Shown piece after piece: positions 9,045-18,299 of a stretch of 35,740 nt of DNA (its first letter is position 1; every line of letters starts with the position of its first letter). Location of the stretch: positions 1 to 35,740 of the forward strand of contig CAJOQN010000061.1 in NCBI GenBank assembly GCA_905236535.1. Reading direction: 5' to 3'. A model generated the notes under the pieces. It worked only from the letters and a program-made list of their open reading frames with translations, had not been told where the DNA came from and ran no database searches. The stretch is from an uncultured Bacilli bacterium. Its GTDB lineage: Bacteria > Bacillota_I > Bacilli_A > RFN20 > CAG-826. Both the position numbers and the translations under genes were made by a program.

Positions 9045-10922
9045 ATGAAAGACTACTCAGTCATTGTTGTTGGTGGTGGTCATGCCGGTCTAGAAGCGGC
9101 CTTCGCAAGTGCAAATATGGGTGAAAAAACCCTACTTTTGTCGTTAAATCTAGATAAAATCGGCAATATGCCATGTAATCCATCAATCGGTGGAAGCGCC
9201 AAAGGAATCGTTGTTAGAGAGATTGATGCTTTAGGCGGAATGATGGGTAAAATTGCAGATATCAATTACCTTCAAATGAAGATGCTTAATACTGGCAAAG
9301 GTCCTGGTGTTCAATGTTTAAGAGCACAACAAGATAAAATTGGTTATCCTGAAGAGTGGAAGAAAGCTGTTAAGAAGCAAGAAAACCTGACTTATAAAGA
9401 TGGAATGGTTGTTTCTTTACTTCATGATGATAAACATGTTTATGGTGTCAAACTTGAAAGTGGAGAAGAGATTACTGCAGACGCTGTTATATTAACAACC
9501 GGCACGTATCTTGATAGCAGAGTGATTCGCGGCACTGAATCTTTAGTGGAAGGCCCTGATGGTGAACGTTCCTGTTTTGGTTTATCTCCATATCTTAAAG
9601 AAATGGGTATTGATATTTACCGTCTAAAGACAGGCACTCCTCCTAGGGTGAGAAGAGATTCTATTGATTTTTCAAAAGCTCTTCCTCAACCTGGTACACC
9701 TGGCAATCTTTCTTTTTCTTATGAAACTAAGGATTTTATTCCTGTAGATAAACAAGAACTTTGTTGGTTGATATATACCACTCCTGAAACTCATCAAATT
9801 ATTCGCGAACATTTAAATGATACGGCTTTATTTAATGGTCTCATTACGGGAACGGGGCCACGTTATTGCCCATCAATCGAATCTAAATTAATCAATTTCC
9901 CAGATAAAGATCGACATCAATTATTTTTAGAACCTGAATCAAGATTCACTGATTCCATTTATGTTCAAGGTTTTTCAACCTCGATGTCGAGAGAAATTCA
10001 AGATTTAATGGTTCATTCTCTGCCCGGTTTTGAAAATGCGGTTATTTTAAAATATGCTTATGCCATTGAATATGACGCTATTCAAACACATGAATATGGC
10101 CCAACATTAGAACTTAAAAAATGGCCTGGATTATATATCGCGGGTCAAATATGCGGGACTTCTGGTTATGAAGAAGCCGCAGGTCTTGGTTTACTCGCTG
10201 GAATCAATGCTGTTTTAAAGATTCAAAAGAAAGACCCCTTAATCTTACGACGTGACCAAAGTTATATTGGGGTTATGATTGATGATTTAGTGACCAAAGG
10301 AACCAATGAACCCTATAGATTACTTTCTTCTCGCGCGGAATTTCGATTATTAATGAGGCATGATAACGCTGATTTGAGATTGTCTGAGATTGGTCATGAG
10401 ATTGGTTTGATTAAAGAAGAAAGATATCAAAATTTTCTTAATAAGAAAAATAACATTCAAAAAGCCTATGATATCTTAAATAGCACGCATCTAGGAAAGT
10501 CCAAAGAAGTGGAAGAATATCTTTCCTCTTTAGGCTTTAATGAACTTAAAGGTGGAGTTTTAGCAGCAGAATTATTAAAAAGACCAACCGTTACCTTTTT
10601 AGGTATTCGAGATTTTATTCCAGAGCTTAAAGATGTTGATTTAGATGAAACAGCGATTAACCAACTTGAAATTATGGTCAAATATGAAGGCTATATCGCC
10701 AAACAACAAAAAGAAGCAAAAAATATGCAACGCCTTGAAGAATTATTAATTCCTCAAAACATCGATTATCTCCACATGGATGGACTTGCGTTAGAAGCAC
10801 GTCAAAAATTAGATATGTTTAGACCTCTTACTATCGGACAAGCCTCCCGTATTTCAGGAGTTAATCCTTCCGATATTTCAATGTTAATATTAAATATAAG
10901 AAAGTTAAGACATCATGAATAA
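9045..10922 (+). CDS. mnmG: tRNA U34 modification enzyme MnmG (GidA)
   Basis: VVGGGHAG FAD motif, MPCNPSIGG, RLKTGTPPR, GPRYCPSIE, GTSGYEEAA. Confidence 0.98.
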   Translation: MKDYSVIVVGGGHAGLEAAFASANMGEKTLLLSLNLDKIGNMPCNPSIGGSAKGIVVREIDALGGMMGKIADINYLQMKMLNTGKGPGVQCLRAQQDKIGYPEEWKKAVKKQENLTYKDGMVVSLLHDDKHVYGVKLESGEEITADAVILTTGTYLDSRVIRGTESLVEGPDGERSCFGLSPYLKEMGIDIYRLKTGTPPRVRRDSIDFSKALPQPGTPGNLSFSYETKDFIPVDKQELCWLIYTTPETHQIIREHLNDTALFNGLITGTGPRYCPSIESKLINFPDKDRHQLFLEPESRFTDSIYVQGFSTSMSREIQDLMVHSLPGFENAVILKYAYAIEYDAIQTHEYGPTLELKKWPGLYIAGQICGTSGYEEAAGLGLLAGINAVLKIQKKDPLILRRDQSYIGVMIDDLVTKGTNEPYRLLSSRAEFRLLMRHDNADLRLSEIGHEIGLIKEERYQNFLNKKNNIQKAYDILNSTHLGKSKEVEEYLSSLGFNELKGGVLAAELLKRPTVTFLGIRDFIPELKDVDLDETAINQLEIMVKYEGYIAKQQKEAKNMQRLEELLIPQNIDYLHMDGLALEARQKLDMFRPLTIGQASRISGVNPSDISMLILNIRKLRHHE

Positions 10923-11616
10923 AGAATCTTTAAGAATTGCTTTAGAGTCTTTTAATCTTCGGTTTAGTGAAGAACAACTTTCTAATCTTGAACATTTAGT
11001 GGACACGACCTTAAAAACAAATGAGACTTTTAATCTCACTGCAATCAAAGATAAAGATTCTTTTTATGAAAAGATGATTTTAGATTCTGCATTAGGTCTA
11101 ATTAATATCAATTTAGAAAATAAAAAAGTTATCGATGTCGGAACAGGGGCAGGTTTTCCAGGAATGGTCTTATATATCTTAGGTCCTAAAATGGATTTAA
11201 CTTTATTAGATTCAACCACTAAAAAGATTAATTATTTATCTAATTATGCGAAAGAAAGAGATTATCATATTTCTTTTTCCAATGAGAGAATTGAAGATTT
11301 TGCTTTAAAAAATAGAGAATCATTTGATTTTGCTTATGCAAGAGCGGTTTCTTCATTAAATATATTATTGGAATTAATCGCTCCTATTTTAAAAGTAGGT
11401 GGATATTTTATCGCTATGAAAGGTCCAAATGTTGATGAAGAAATTAAAGAAAGTGGAAACGCTCTCAAAATTCTTTCTTTGGATACAATCCAAGATTACA
11501 AATATATTCTTCCTGAATCAAAAGAAGAAAGACACATTTTGATTATCAAAAAAAATAAAGAAACATCTAATAAATATCCTCGTCAATATGGGATAATCAA
11601 AAAGAGGCCACTTTAA
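10915..11616 (+). CDS. rsmG: 16S rRNA m7G527 methyltransferase RsmG (GidB)
   Basis: FNLTAI, DVGTGAGFPG, ARAV, KYPR; follows mnmG. Confidence 0.95.
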   Translation: MNKESLRIALESFNLRFSEEQLSNLEHLVDTTLKTNETFNLTAIKDKDSFYEKMILDSALGLININLENKKVIDVGTGAGFPGMVLYILGPKMDLTLLDSTTKKINYLSNYAKERDYHISFSNERIEDFALKNRESFDFAYARAVSSLNILLELIAPILKVGGYFIAMKGPNVDEEIKESGNALKILSLDTIQDYKYILPESKEERHILIIKKNKETSNKYPRQYGIIKKRPL

Positions 11617-12380
11617 TGGGAAAGATTATCGCTATTGCCTCCCAAAAAGGTGGAGTAAGTAAAACTACAAGCGCAATTAATATCTGCGCAGGATTAGCTT
11701 CATATAATAAAAGGATTCTTCTTGTGGATATGGATCCATCTGGAAATGCCTCGAGAGGTTTTGGTTTTGACACCACTTTAGTGGAGACATCTATTTTTGA
11801 TGTTTTATCAAATGGACTTAATATCAACAAAGCCATTGTTAAAACAAAAATTATGAATATCGATCTTTTACCCTCTAAGTTTTCTTTATCTTCAATCGAA
11901 GAACTTAGAAAAAATGAAGAAGGACAATATCTTCTTTTGAAAGAAAAGATTTTATCTATCAAAGACGATTATGATTATCTCATTATTGATTGTCCTCCAT
12001 CATTAGGTTTTTTGACCTGTAATTGTTTGGCAGCTTCTAATAGTGTCATCATTCCATTTCAATGCGAGGCCTTTGCTTTTGAATCAATCAGTCAGATGCT
12101 AGGGTTGATTTCTAACATTCAAAACGAGGCGAATATCGATCTCTCAATTGAAGGTTTTCTCATCACCATGTTTGACAAGAAAAATAAAGTAAATCTAGAA
12201 ATTTGCTCGCAAATTCGGTCTCTTTTTAAGGAAAATGTCTTTTTAACAGAGATTCCAAGAAACACCTCAATAGTTGAAAGCATCTCCTTAGGAATGCCGG
12301 TAACTTCATATCGACCAAACTCCATTGGCGCTTTAGCCTTTAAATCGCTAGCGAGAGAAATTATTGATAAAAATCGTTAA
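11616..12380 (+). CDS. soj: ParA/Soj family ATPase
   Basis: Deviant Walker A QKGGVSKTT, DMDPSGN, IIDCPPSLG, EIPRN; follows rsmG. Confidence 0.9.
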   Translation: MGKIIAIASQKGGVSKTTSAINICAGLASYNKRILLVDMDPSGNASRGFGFDTTLVETSIFDVLSNGLNINKAIVKTKIMNIDLLPSKFSLSSIEELRKNEEGQYLLLKEKILSIKDDYDYLIIDCPPSLGFLTCNCLAASNSVIIPFQCEAFAFESISQMLGLISNIQNEANIDLSIEGFLITMFDKKNKVNLEICSQIRSLFKENVFLTEIPRNTSIVESISLGMPVTSYRPNSIGALAFKSLAREIIDKNR

Positions 12381-12421
12381 AATTAATGCATATTGAATAA
12401 TCTTTGATTATAATATAGTTA

Positions 12422-12524
12422 CTTCAGGGCAACGGTTAAATCCCGTGACCGGCGGTATACCCCGCGAGCGAAAGCAGGAACCTGTGAAATTCAGGTGGCG
12501 ACAGTATAGTCTGGATGAGAGAAG
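12422..12524 (+). ncRNA. FMN riboswitch (RFN element) aptamer
   Basis: CTTCAGGGC...GACCGGCGGT...CCGCGAG...GTGAAATTC...CGACAGTATAGTCTGGATGAGAGAAG matches RFN consensus blocks; lies upstream of a RibU-like gene; TATAAT at 12409-12414. Confidence 0.93.
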
Positions 12525-12531
12525 CTTTTTT

Positions 12532-12562
12532 AAAGCCCTGTTGTCATGGGCTTTTTATTTTT
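12532..12562 (+). terminator. Riboswitch expression-platform terminator
   Basis: AAAGCCC...GGGCTTT stem followed by a T tract, between the aptamer and the ribU ATG. Confidence 0.8.
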
Positions 12563-13270
12563 ATGGGTAAAACAGATTTAGTTAGATTTATTATTTCTAT
12601 TGTTGCCATTGGTATCCTTGGATCATTTTTGCTTTCTAAACTTTTCTTAAAAAGAAATATTTTTACCACCAAACTAATTACAAGAGTTGCTCTTTTTTCA
12701 GGAATCAGCGCTCTATTATATATCATTCCTTATTTAAAATTCGCGGTTCCCTTTTTTCCAAGTTTTTTAGAAATTCATTTTGATGAAATCCCAGCGATGA
12801 TCGCTGGATTTGCATATGGACCATTCTGTGGTTTTTTAGTTATTTTAATTAAAACAATTATTAAATTACCTTTTACCTCTTCTTTATGTGTCGGAGAATT
12901 AACTGATTTCATTTATGGCAGTATCATTGTGGTTATTTCCTCTCTTTTTTATAAGAAGAATCGTTCAATTAAAGGCGCTCTAATTGGTTTATTGGTGGCG
13001 ATGGCGGTCCAACTTGTGGTTTCTGGATTTGTCACAACATTTATTATTTTAGATTTCTATATCTTTGTGATGGGATTCCCTAAACAAGCAATTATCGCGA
13101 TGAGTCATATGGCAAATCCAATGGTCAAATCTTTAGGGTGGGATTTTTTCTTGTTTATAGCTTTACCGTTCAACGCATTCAAAGATGTTATTATTATAAT
13201 TCTCACTATGCTTTTATATAAAAAGACCCACTCGATTATAGACAGGGCCTCAAATGCTTTAGCAAAATAA
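12563..13270 (+). CDS. ribU: ECF transporter S component, riboflavin transporter RibU/FmnP
   Basis: Multi-TM protein with PFFPSFLEIHFDEIPA...GFAYGP, VGELTDF, LPFNAFK; under an FMN riboswitch; the ORF-track start at 12515 lies inside the riboswitch. Confidence 0.9.
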   Translation: MGKTDLVRFIISIVAIGILGSFLLSKLFLKRNIFTTKLITRVALFSGISALLYIIPYLKFAVPFFPSFLEIHFDEIPAMIAGFAYGPFCGFLVILIKTIIKLPFTSSLCVGELTDFIYGSIIVVISSLFYKKNRSIKGALIGLLVAMAVQLVVSGFVTTFIILDFYIFVMGFPKQAIIAMSHMANPMVKSLGWDFFLFIALPFNAFKDVIIIILTMLLYKKTHSIIDRASNALAK

Positions 13271-13301
13271 AAAAGTTGGATTCGCGATATCCAACTTCTT
13301 T
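13268..13301. terminator. Bidirectional terminator between ribU and fer
   Basis: 9-bp stem AAGTTGGAT/ATCCAACTT (13273-13297) flanked by A and T runs between convergent genes. Confidence 0.8.
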
Positions 13302-13307
13302 AATTAA

Positions 13308-13484
13308 TTATTCGGCTTGAATTGCGCCAACTGGGCAAATTTCGAGTGCATCTTCTTCAGCTTCGCCACTGATTAATTCAGCTTGGCCATTGTCGTTGAA
13401 TTGGATGTCTTCTGGGTATGTGCCAACGCACGCCCCACAACCGATGCAAAGAGAAGCATCAATTTTTAATTTTTTACGAGCCAT
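13308..13484 (-). CDS. fer: Mono-cluster ferredoxin (58 aa), absent from the ORF track
   Basis: Translated by hand: MARKKLKIDASLCIGCGACVGTYPEDIQFNDNGQAELISGEAEEDALEICPVGAIQAE; CxxCxxC...CP motif; SD AGGAGG at 13491-13496; convergent with ribU as in B. subtilis fmnP/fer. Confidence 0.95.
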   Translation of the reverse strand: MARKKLKIDASLCIGCGACVGTYPEDIQFNDNGQAELISGEAEEDALEICPVGAIQAE

Positions 13485-13603
13485 GGTTTGCCTCCTATAG
13501 GTATTTTTATTTTACTTAATTATCTTTGTTGTTTTCAATAACATATATTTTTTTAAATCTTTGCTAGTTATCTATTTCTAATTTAATTAGAATATTAAAT
13601 GAT

Positions 13604-13894
13604 ATGAGCAATACACGAGTTGAAAAATATAAAGGCTATAGAGCCAAACTCATCAGTGAAGGTGATCCCGTTTATAAAAGTGCAAAAGAAGGGATTTCTA
13701 ATACTTTTATGACTAGTTCTACCCTTCCAATCAAAGAAGTCTATAAGACTTTAGAAGAGGAAGAAAGAAAAGAAAATGCTCTTTTAGAGCATCAAAAGAA
13801 ACAAGCTCTTATCCGCAATATTTTTATCGGAATTGGTTTAGGACTTGTCGCGATTGGATTAATCATATTTGCAATATTTGCATTTAAAAATTAA
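13604..13894 (+). CDS. Small tail-anchored membrane protein of unknown function
   Basis: Basic N-terminus RVEKYKGYR, charged helix, single C-terminal TM segment; 13 nt upstream of cmk. Confidence 0.75.
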   Translation: MSNTRVEKYKGYRAKLISEGDPVYKSAKEGISNTFMTSSTLPIKEVYKTLEEEERKENALLEHQKKQALIRNIFIGIGLGLVAIGLIIFAIFAFKN

Positions 13895-13907
13895 AAGGGG
13901 AAATATT

Positions 13908-14579
13908 ATGAAGAAAGTTGCTGTGGCCATTGATGGTCCTGCCGCTGCTGGAAAAAGCACTGTGGCCAAAATAGTTGCTGAAAGAAAAGGATATACCTAT
14001 ATCGATACAGGGGCGATGTATCGCGCTTTTACTTGGTACTGCCTTAAAAAAGGTGTGGATTGCCAAGATGAAAAAGCTTGTTGTGCTTTGATTCCAGAAG
14101 TTCAAATCGAACTTAAACCAAATCATATCGTTATTTGTAATGGAGAAGATGTTTCTTCGGCCATCAGACAAACCAATGTTTCTGGAAACGTTTCCTATAT
14201 TGCCTCTTATAAAGACATTCGTCTTGCTTTAGTTGTTCTTCAAAGAAAGATGGCGGAGCACGATTCCGTTATCATGGACGGCAGAGATATTGGAACCTAT
14301 GTTCTTCCTAATGCCGATGTCAAAATCTTCCAAATTGCTTCAGTTCAAACAAGAGCTATTCGTCGATATGAAGAAAATATTTCTAAGGGTATTGCTTGTA
14401 CTTATGAAGAAATTGAAGAAGATGTCAAAAAGAGAGATTATATCGACTCCCATAGATCATTTGCGCCTTTAAAACCAGCAGAAGATTCTATTGAAATTGA
14501 TACTTCAAATATGTCAATCGAAGAAGTGGTTACTGCCATTATTGAAATTATTGATAAAAAACTTGCGGAGAAAAATTAA
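13908..14579 (+). CDS. cmk: Cytidylate kinase
   Basis: AIDGPAAAGKST, YIDTGAMYRA, MDGRDIGT; start reset to ATG 13908 after AAGGGG. Confidence 0.97.
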   Translation: MKKVAVAIDGPAAAGKSTVAKIVAERKGYTYIDTGAMYRAFTWYCLKKGVDCQDEKACCALIPEVQIELKPNHIVICNGEDVSSAIRQTNVSGNVSYIASYKDIRLALVVLQRKMAEHDSVIMDGRDIGTYVLPNADVKIFQIASVQTRAIRRYEENISKGIACTYEEIEEDVKKRDYIDSHRSFAPLKPAEDSIEIDTSNMSIEEVVTAIIEIIDKKLAEKN

Positions 14580-15889
14580 TGCCCAAAGGAATAGTTGCGA
14601 TTGTTGGCTCTCCTAATGTTGGCAAATCAACGATTTTTAATCGTTTCATAGGCGAAAGACATGCGATTGTCGATGATGAAGCTGGCATTACAAGAGATCG
14701 TTTATATGGACAATGCACCTGGAATGGTGTGACTTTTTCTGTTATCGATACTGGTGGCATTGAATTGAAAGATGTTCCCTTTCAAAAGCAAATTCGTATC
14801 CAAGCCGAAATCGCTATTCAAGAAGCTGATGTTATAGTTTTTGTCACCGATGGTCAAGTAGGGGTTACCGCTGATGATCAGATGGTGGCAAGAATGCTTT
14901 ATAAAGTTAAAAAGCCGATTATTCTCGCGGTCAATAAAATTGATGAAGGAATGCATGTTTCTAATGCTAGTGAATTTTATGCTTTAGGATTAGGACATCC
15001 ATATCCTGTCAGTGGCTCTCATGGTGTGGGTATTGGTGATATTCTTAACGAAGTTGTTAAGCATCTTAAAAACGTTGAAGAAACAGTCAATGAAGATGTT
15101 ATTACTTTCTCCTTAATTGGAAGACCAAATGTTGGTAAATCATCCTTGGTGAACGCTATCTTAAATCAAGAAAGAGTTATCGTTAGTGATATCTCAGGCA
15201 CTACCCGTGATTCTATTGATACCCCGTTTAAAAGAGGGGATAAAAACTACCTTGTCATCGATACCGCTGGACTCAAAAAGAAGGGTAAAATTTATGAGTC
15301 TATCGATAAATATTCTGCTATCCGCGCGCTTAAGAGTATTGAACGCAGCGAAATCGTTTTATTAGTGATTGATGGTGATGCTGGAATCACTGACCAAGAT
15401 AAACATGTTATTCAATACGCTACCGATTTACATAAGGCTATTATCATCGTTGTGAATAAATGGGATTTGGTAAACAAAGATCAAAATACGATGTCCGAAT
15501 TTTCTAAAAAAATACGTAATGAATATAAATTTTTGGATTACGCTCCGATTGTTTATTTATCAGCGAAAACTAAATCTCGTCTTCCTTCTTTGTTTGAAGC
15601 TTTAGAGAAAGTTCATGAAGCCTATTATACGAGAATTTCAACCTCGCTTTTAAACCAGGTTCTTCAAGATGCACAAATGATGAACCAAGCTCCAGACTTC
15701 AATGGAGGGAGAGTAAAAATTCTTTATGGTTCACAGGTTTCCGTGGCCCCACCTTCTATTGTTTTATTCGTCAACAATAAAGAATTTATGCATTTTTCTT
15801 ATTTAAGATATATAGATAATAGATTAAGAGATACATTTAATTTTGATGGAACCCCAATTAATTTAATTTTGAAGTCGAGAAGAGAATAA
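14579..15889 (+). CDS. der: Ribosome biogenesis GTPase Der (EngA)
   Basis: Two tandem G domains (GSPNVGKS/DTGG/NKID; GRPNVGKS/DTAG/NKWD). Confidence 0.98.
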   Translation: MPKGIVAIVGSPNVGKSTIFNRFIGERHAIVDDEAGITRDRLYGQCTWNGVTFSVIDTGGIELKDVPFQKQIRIQAEIAIQEADVIVFVTDGQVGVTADDQMVARMLYKVKKPIILAVNKIDEGMHVSNASEFYALGLGHPYPVSGSHGVGIGDILNEVVKHLKNVEETVNEDVITFSLIGRPNVGKSSLVNAILNQERVIVSDISGTTRDSIDTPFKRGDKNYLVIDTAGLKKKGKIYESIDKYSAIRALKSIERSEIVLLVIDGDAGITDQDKHVIQYATDLHKAIIIVVNKWDLVNKDQNTMSEFSKKIRNEYKFLDYAPIVYLSAKTKSRLPSLFEALEKVHEAYYTRISTSLLNQVLQDAQMMNQAPDFNGGRVKILYGSQVSVAPPSIVLFVNNKEFMHFSYLRYIDNRLRDTFNFDGTPINLILKSRRE

Positions 15890-15986
15890 AATATTGTAAT
15901 TTTGATATAAATTTTTTCAAAAATTTCTTTTAATAAAAAGTTTGTTATTGCTAACATATAATTATAATAATATGGAGGTTTATTTG

Positions 15987-16271
15987 ATGGGAAAAATCAA
16001 CCGTAAAGACCTTGTCGATCGCCTCAGTGAAGAAATGCATCTTTCTAAAAAGGAATCCAGACAAATCTTTGACGCGACAATTGATTACATTGTTGAAGCA
16101 TTACGCAATGGCCAAGAAGTGAACATCAGTGGTTTTGGTGTCTTAACCCCTAAACAACGCAAAACACGCGTGGGTACAGATCCTAAAACGCACAACAAGA
16201 TTCAAATTAAATCGGCTACCACAATTCTCTTTAGACCATCTAAAGATTTTAAAGAAAAACTCAATAAATAA
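15987..16271 (+). CDS. hup: HU family DNA-binding protein
   Basis: NRKDLV, VNISGFG, RVGTDPKT, FRPSK; GGAGG upstream of ATG 15987. Confidence 0.93.
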   Translation: MGKINRKDLVDRLSEEMHLSKKESRQIFDATIDYIVEALRNGQEVNISGFGVLTPKQRKTRVGTDPKTHNKIQIKSATTILFRPSKDFKEKLNK

Positions 16272-16300
16272 TAATTTATATAATATATTTGTTCCGTTTT

Positions 16301-16326
16301 AGAGACTTTAAAAGGTCTCTTTTTTT
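16301..16326 (+). terminator. Intrinsic terminator after hup
   Basis: AGAGACTT-TAAA-AGGTCTCT hairpin followed by a T run. Confidence 0.8.
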
Positions 16327-16341
16327 ATTTATCATATTTAT

Positions 16342-17022
16342 ATGAATAGATTAGAAGCCTTTAATAATTTGTCATTATTATTTCAAGCCCATGGCTATAA
16401 ACTTTTTCTTGTCGGTGGAAGTGTTAGAGATTATCTATTAAAAAAGGAAATTATAGATCTTGATGTAACAAGCGATGCAACCCCTAGTGAAATAAGGGCT
16501 TTTATTGGAGATGATGCCGATTATACCTTCTCAAAATACGGTAATGTAAATATTGATTTTGTGGGTTATAAATTTGAGCTTACAACTCTAAGAAAAGAAG
16601 ATAAATATTTTGATTCTCGTCACCCTAATAAAATTACTTTTACCAAGGATTTAAAAGAGGATTCAAACCGTCGCGATTTTACGATTAATGCTTTATATAT
16701 GGATATGAATAAAAATATTTATGATTATCACCAAGGGTTAAATGATTTACAAACTGGAGTTCTTAAAATGATTGGAGAGCCGACCAAAAGAATCATGGAG
16801 GATCCTCTTCGCATTCTTAGAGCGATTCGTTTTTCCTATCTTCTCTCATTTAAGATTGATGAATCTTTAAAAATATCAATGCATCAAAATGTTGAATTAT
16901 TAAAAAAACTCAATCCTGAAAAAATCAAACAGGAATTAAGAAAATTCAACGCGGAGAAAGAAAAGATTTTTCCTCTTTTTGATGAATTTGGTATAACAAA
17001 TCTATTAGATATGTTAAATTAG
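16342..17022 (+). CDS. cca: Short class II tRNA nucleotidyltransferase (CCA-adding enzyme family)
   Basis: VGGSVRD, DLD, RRDFTINAL, EDPLRILRAIRF, PEKIKQEL. Confidence 0.85.
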   Translation: MNRLEAFNNLSLLFQAHGYKLFLVGGSVRDYLLKKEIIDLDVTSDATPSEIRAFIGDDADYTFSKYGNVNIDFVGYKFELTTLRKEDKYFDSRHPNKITFTKDLKEDSNRRDFTINALYMDMNKNIYDYHQGLNDLQTGVLKMIGEPTKRIMEDPLRILRAIRFSYLLSFKIDESLKISMHQNVELLKKLNPEKIKQELRKFNAEKEKIFPLFDEFGITNLLDMLN

Positions 17023-17031
17023 TAAACACAT

Positions 17032-17673
17032 ATGATTACTGAAGCTATTGATTTCCGTTATTTACTTATTGATAACTATAAACGTTTGGGCCTCAACGAG
17101 AATGAACTCGCGGTCATTTTTGTTGTTGATTTTCTCATCGATCAAGGTAATCCATTCATCACCGCGGATTATCTCTCATTAAAAATGAGTTTAGATGTTA
17201 AAGAAATTGATAAAATATTAGCCTCTTTGCTGAAGAAAGATTTAATTGAATATGTCTCTCAAGGCAAAAAGACAGTCACAACCTTAAACCCTTTAAAAAA
17301 TAAATTATATAAAGAATTCCAACTCTCTTTTGATTTAGAACAAAATAGCAAAGAAGATAAAAATGATCGTCTTGGCAATATTTATTCCCAATTCGAAGAA
17401 TTGCTTCAAAGAAATCTCACTCCTGTTGAATTCTCTAAAATCAGAGAATGGATTTCTTTTGGTTATAGTGATGAGATGCTTATTAACGCTTGTAAAGAAG
17501 CGGTAAACAGAGGCAAGAAATCTCTTAGAAGTATTGATAAAATTCTTCTTCAATGGATGGCGAGAGATGATGTTGAAACCGATGGAATGACTCCAATTAG
17601 AAAAGATTGGAACAAGAATTTAGAAGAGACCATTCGTATCGCTAAAACACCATGGATCAAAGATGACAAATAA
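17032..17673 (+). CDS. dnaD: DnaD primosomal protein
   Basis: YKRLGLNENE N-domain; FEELLQRNLTPVE and SIDKILLQW DnaB_2 motifs; upstream of nth. Confidence 0.9.
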   Translation: MITEAIDFRYLLIDNYKRLGLNENELAVIFVVDFLIDQGNPFITADYLSLKMSLDVKEIDKILASLLKKDLIEYVSQGKKTVTTLNPLKNKLYKEFQLSFDLEQNSKEDKNDRLGNIYSQFEELLQRNLTPVEFSKIREWISFGYSDEMLINACKEAVNRGKKSLRSIDKILLQWMARDDVETDGMTPIRKDWNKNLEETIRIAKTPWIKDDK

Positions 17674-18292
17674 AGAAAAGATTAATCGTATCACCTCTTT
17701 TTTGGATGAACTTTTTCCAAATGTCGGATGCGAACTTCATTATACAAAAGATTATGAGCTCGCGATTGCGGTCATGCTATCCGCTCAAACCACAGATAAA
17801 TCCGTAAATAAAGTAACGGATGTTCTTTTTTCTAAATACCAAAGTTTAGATGAATTAGAAAACGCTTCTTTAAACGATATCGAAAATATCATTAAGAGTA
17901 TTGGTTTATATCAAAATAAAGCGAAAAACTTAAAAGGCATCGTCCATGAATTAATTACCAGGTTTGACTATAAACTCCCTTCTGATAAAGATGATTTAAT
18001 GTCGCTTCCAGGGATTGGAAATAAAACCGCTGGAGTCATCCGGGCGGAAATATTTAAGATTCCTGAACTCCCAGTGGATACCCATGTGAGTCGAATATCT
18101 AAAAGACTTAAATTAGCTCATAAAGATGATGATCCATTAACTGTTGAGGGCAAACTCAAGAAACTTTTCCCTAAAGAAAGATATATCAAAACTCATCATC
18201 AAATGATTCATTTCGGAAGATATTTCTGTCTAGCAAAAAATCCTCATTGCGAGGATTGTAAAATCAAGGATTTGTGTAAAAAAGACTATTAA
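17663..18292 (+). CDS. nth: Endonuclease III
   Basis: LSAQTTD, HhH LPGIGNKTA, VDTHV, 4Fe-4S motif CLAKNPHCEDCKIKDLC. Confidence 0.97.
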   Translation: MTNKEKINRITSFLDELFPNVGCELHYTKDYELAIAVMLSAQTTDKSVNKVTDVLFSKYQSLDELENASLNDIENIIKSIGLYQNKAKNLKGIVHELITRFDYKLPSDKDDLMSLPGIGNKTAGVIRAEIFKIPELPVDTHVSRISKRLKLAHKDDDPLTVEGKLKKLFPKERYIKTHHQMIHFGRYFCLAKNPHCEDCKIKDLCKKDY

Positions 18293-18299
18293 AAGTCCA

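Noticed and set aside
12515-12562. N-terminal extension of ribU in the ORF track
   Set aside because: Overlaps the riboswitch aptamer and terminator; ATG 12563 is more plausible
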